Shown here in pieces: positions 59,776-64,000 of a DNA stretch of 64,000 nt (its first letter is position 1; each line of letters opens with the position of its first letter). Origin of the DNA: Piromyces finnis finn (lineage: Eukaryota; Fungi; Neocallimastigomycota); contig MCFH01000012.1 in NCBI GenBank assembly GCA_002104945.1, positions 744,001 to 808,000 on the forward strand, given 5' to 3'. A program made the position numbers and the translations under genes. The notes beneath the pieces were generated by a model, which had not been told where the DNA came from, did not search any database, and saw only the letters and a program-made list of their open reading frames with translations.

Positions 59776-61158
59776 ATGAAACCTCAACTAAAAGACTGTA
59801 AAAGTAAATCGAGTTTTAGTGTTAAAGATAACCTTAAACATGGAGTAGCATATAGGTGTAAAATATATTGGCAAAATATTAAAACTGCATTCCATTATGT
59901 ATTGAATGATAATAAAAAGAATCCAAGGTATGCTTTCTCAGAAAAAAAAAATAAAGGATGGAAAAGAAATTTTAATAAATAGAATTTATACAATCAACAA
60001 TATATATATAATTATAGATATCAATAGTTAATATTATTTAATTATATTTAACATTAATATAAAAAAATGCATAAAATTTTATACTCTATAGATCTTTTAT
60101 TATAGGTTCATGTACTGTTTTTCTTGTAGTATTCTTCTTATGGTAAAAAAAAAATAGAATGATTAATGATTAATTCAGGATATAATTAAATAAATAAATA
60201 AATAAAATAACTAATAACTTGTTTTTATTATATATATTTTTTCTTTTATTTAGTTTAATTCAAAATGCGTTAAAACGTTCCTCTGTTATGTTAGTTAAAG
60301 CTCAAGAAGACATTGTAGGAGCAATATATATATATATATTTATATAATAACATAATAATAACTTTTATGAAATATTATTATTCAAAATTATTAAAATACT
60401 TAATATTTCTTTATATATATATATACATATACATTTTCATTAATTATAAATAGGTTGGAAAATATGATTTGGTATATCCACTTTTTTCATTTTATCTTAT
60501 TATTATAATACTAGAAAAGATTTTAACTACAATATACAAAATAGTTAAAGACGCTCTGTTTATACAACAACATAATAACCTATTTTTTTTAAAAAAATAA
60601 AATATAATTATTATGATAATAATACACAGTTACTCACACCCTCAACAAATCCACAAGGTCAATTTTCTTTATTAAATCATACTTATGTTGAACAAAAATT
60701 AGCAGGAAAAGAAAGAATAGTAGGTTCTGCTCCAAGATGGGCATTAACTGCGGAAGCATTAAATGAAGATTATTCAGGTTCATTATATACCTTTTTCTTA
60801 AATACAACATTAGAAAAAGTAAATACAAAAAAAAAATTAATAAAAATAAATAATAATAAGTTTTATTTAACCTTTATATTATATATTATTAAAAAAAATA
60901 ATGATAAAAATGATCTAGAACATCTAGAACACCAATAATAATTTTTTTTTTTTTAAAAAAAATTTCAATTTAGGAAATTGGTCTAGCATCACATTGGCCA
61001 TTTAGAAAATTGGGTAATAATGAAATTTTATTATCATCATCATTGATAAGAACACTTCACGTTCAACCTAATGCTGGACAAACCATTACTCTTAGTTTTA
61101 ATATCACTAGTTTAATTTCAGAAGTAAAAATAATTTAATTATAGATTTATAATCAATT

Positions 61159-61192
<34 letters not shown>

Positions 61193-63179
61193 GACAATAA
61201 TTAATAAATAAATTTCTTTTTTATTCTTCTTTACATTAAAAAAAAATAGCAATATCCTGATTTTAAACTTGAATCAGCTCTTTTAGATAATGTAATAGAT
61301 GAAATTATTGAAAGTAATAATAATTCAGAAGATGAATATCAACAACGAATTTCTCAACTTTTAAAAAGTATTTTTATTCTTCTACTATATATATAATTTT
61401 AATTTATAAGCAATTTTTAAAAAAATAAATATTTTTATATATATATCTTTTTTCTTCATTTAACAAGAATCCAATTCAAAAGCTTCTATAAAAAAACAAT
61501 TTGATAAAGCTATCAAAAATGGTTTAGTTATAACAAATAATTATCTAGGTATAAAAGAAAAATTAAAACTAGTATCTTATTTTTACTTTATAAATAATAA
61601 ATTTTTCATCATATAATTTTATATAGTTTAATGATCTATCCCTAATCATTGATACTTTAAATTAAAAAAAAATATATTATATAAATAATAATAGTGATAG
61701 ATGCTATTGATAAAAGTTATGGTATGTTTCCATCTACTCTAGGTAATGTAGGAGTAATTGAAATCGATCAATTAAACAATTTACTGGTAAAAGCTGTTGA
61801 ATCCATTGTCAAAGAAGTTATAAATTCAAGTTTTCCATTAACAATTAGTTTTGATGTGTCAAAAATTAAAGAAATTAACGATTATTTTAATCCAGTGGTA
61901 TTTATAATATATATTTAATTAAAATTTTATTATAAAATAATATAATATAATAAATATTTATTTTTTTTTTTGTTTTTATTGGTATTTTTATTCTTTTTAA
62001 AATTATCAATGAAAATATTAAATAATATAAAAATTAAAAAAAAAAAGGAAAATGCTTTAATGATTATAGTTACTATGAAAGATAGAATGCAAATATACAC
62101 AGAATCACATGGTAATGCTAAAAAAGATATAATGAAATTTACAAATGAAGTAGCTGATTCTTTAGGTTTTGAATTTACAGCAGAGTATACATCTGTTTTA
62201 TTTTTAGCTGTAAATAGTAGTGAAGTGTTAATGGTTTTCTTAGATGAGGTATGATATATTAATAAATATTTCTTTATAAAAAAAAAATTAAATAAATTAA
62301 TCTTTTTTTTTTTTTTGATATTTAAATGATATCATATTAATCTGTTATACAAAATACATCTCTTTTTTCTATTATAGTTATTCTTTTCAATTATTTCTGT
62401 TCTGTGTTTATTAATGGTTATTCTTATCTATTCCTTATTAATGACGGATGTTGAAGAAAAAACATTTGAATATGGTATGCTTAGATCATTAGGTTTACAT
62501 CATAGTGTCTTAATTATTATTTTATTCTTCCAGGTAAAATAATTTACCTATTTTTTTTTGTTGTTTTTAATTAAAAATATAAAAAAAAAAAACATTTTTT
62601 TTTATATTTTCAATGTATCAATTTGTATGTATTATTGCTAATATCATAATTTTAATTTTATTATATAACATGATAGTCTTTATTCTTTTCAATACCAGGT
62701 ATTATTCTTGGTGTATTCTTCTGTAAAATCATATATATTCCAGTGGATTATATTATCTCTCAATATGCTGAAACATCAATCAATGTATCCATTACACCAT
62801 CAGCCTTAATTCTTGGTATTAGTATTGGTTTCTTTATCCCTGTGTTTGGTATTGTTGGTCTTGTCAAGAGAGCCTTAACCAAAACATTAAGGGATGCTTT
62901 GGATATATATCATCATGTTGTGTCAGAAGCTCAAGTTAAAATTCAAAAATTAGAAGATATTGGTATGTCATTATCAGAAATGGCTATTTCAATTATTATG
63001 GTAGCCATTGGTTTTAGTGTATACTATGGTATTCCAACAGCCTATGTCTCACAAAACTTTTCTTTATTCTTCCGATTCCTGACTCTTTTATTATTAAGTA
63101 AGCTTTTTAATTTAATTTTTCATTATAAATTTAAATTATTATTTCTTATCGTACTACTACTACTACTACTAATAGTAAA

Positions 63180-63210
<31 letters not shown>

Positions 63211-64000
63211 TTATTTTTTTTTTATTTTTATTAAATTTTAGTTATGATTCTTGGTGAAACGTTATTAGGACAAGTAATTAATAATATTCTCGAAAAAATT
63301 TGTGTCTCCCTAGTCATCTGGGGATCCAATAAAAAACTAAAAATTATTGTAAAAAAGAATTTGGAAAATCACTTCAGTAGAAATAGTAAAACATCGGTAA
63401 TGTTTTCACTTTGTTTAGCCTATATTATTTTTGCTGCTGCACTTTTTGCATTAATGGGAGGTTCCTTATCAAGACAAATAGAATGGTCAACAGGTGCTGA
63501 TATTTCAATTTATGCAAACGATTTTCAATATCCTCTACCAGAAGAACAAATAAGAAATATTCTTGAAAAGAAATTGTTTATGGAAGATGATGAAAATCTT
63601 ATTGAGGAATATACCTTTGTTACCTTCCCTCTTTCGAATTATGATGCTATTGTAAGTACTGTCATGTGTCCTGTATCCGGTATTACTTCTAAAGGTGTAC
63701 AAATTTACGGAATAGAACCAAACATTTTAAAAACATTACGTACGGATTATTATATGGTAGAAAATTATGATTATAACTATGTTATTGATAATGATCCTAT
63801 CGCCTCCTTAAACCAAACCATTGATCCTCAAAAAGATTATACGCAATATATACCAGAATTATTTGAATCTATTAATAATGGTAAGGTGACAACAAAGAGT
63901 AAAATTTATTATTATTATCCTTTAAATGCCACTCGAACCTATACTAAAGGTTATCCCATGTTAATTGGTAAGAATTATATCACGGACACCTATTCAGAAT
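59776..64000 (+). CDS. FtsX/MacB-like ABC permease-family membrane protein (eukaryotic type), 5' part (continues past the right edge), multi-exon with an 18-nt microexon at 60454-60471
   Basis: TM1 RSFIIGSCTVFLVVFFLCLI, then a large soluble domain (LLNHT...GSAPRW, EIGLASHWPFRKLGNNE). FtsX-type core LFFSIISVLCLLMVILIYSLLMTDVEEKTFEYGMLRSLG with following TMs. A second-half TM (KNLENHFSRNSKTSVMFSLCLAYIIF) and a second soluble domain follow. Confidence 0.82.

Overview
Extremely AT-rich, intron-dense eukaryotic DNA. Fungal-type genes (LRG1, TRS65, fungal-type SEN15) occur together with flagellar genes (IFT140, a TTBK-family kinase), which points to a zoosporic fungus, most likely an anaerobic gut fungus (Neocallimastigomycota). 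This assignment is inferred from gene content and composition. Walking GT-AG splice sites by hand gave 11 spliced protein-coding genes: LRG1-like LIM protein (-, runs off the left edge), SEN15 (-), F-box/LRR protein (+), TTBK-like kinase (-), NUP170/NUP155 (+), DUS4 (+), RING/TRAF-zinc-finger protein (-), FAM135-like lipase (+), TRS65 (-), IFT140 (-) and an FtsX/MacB-like permease (+, runs off the right edge). Most ORF-track entries are single exons with intron read-through, or microsatellite artefacts. I found no tRNA, rRNA, CRISPR array or intact mobile element. I see no clear evidence of a self-contained novel system. The best leads are: (1) a TTBK2-like Pro-rich/RLR motif in tiny terminal exons of the kinase; (2) an uncharacterised eukaryotic FtsX/MacB-type permease head-to-head with IFT140; (3) very frequent AAG 3' splice sites, some preceded by poly(A); (4) a FAM135 lipase triad split by a ~290-aa low-complexity insert; (5) a PTS1-like C-terminus on a MATH-less TRAF-type RING protein. 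Exon coordinates come from manual reading and family calls from remembered motifs; no database searches were run.
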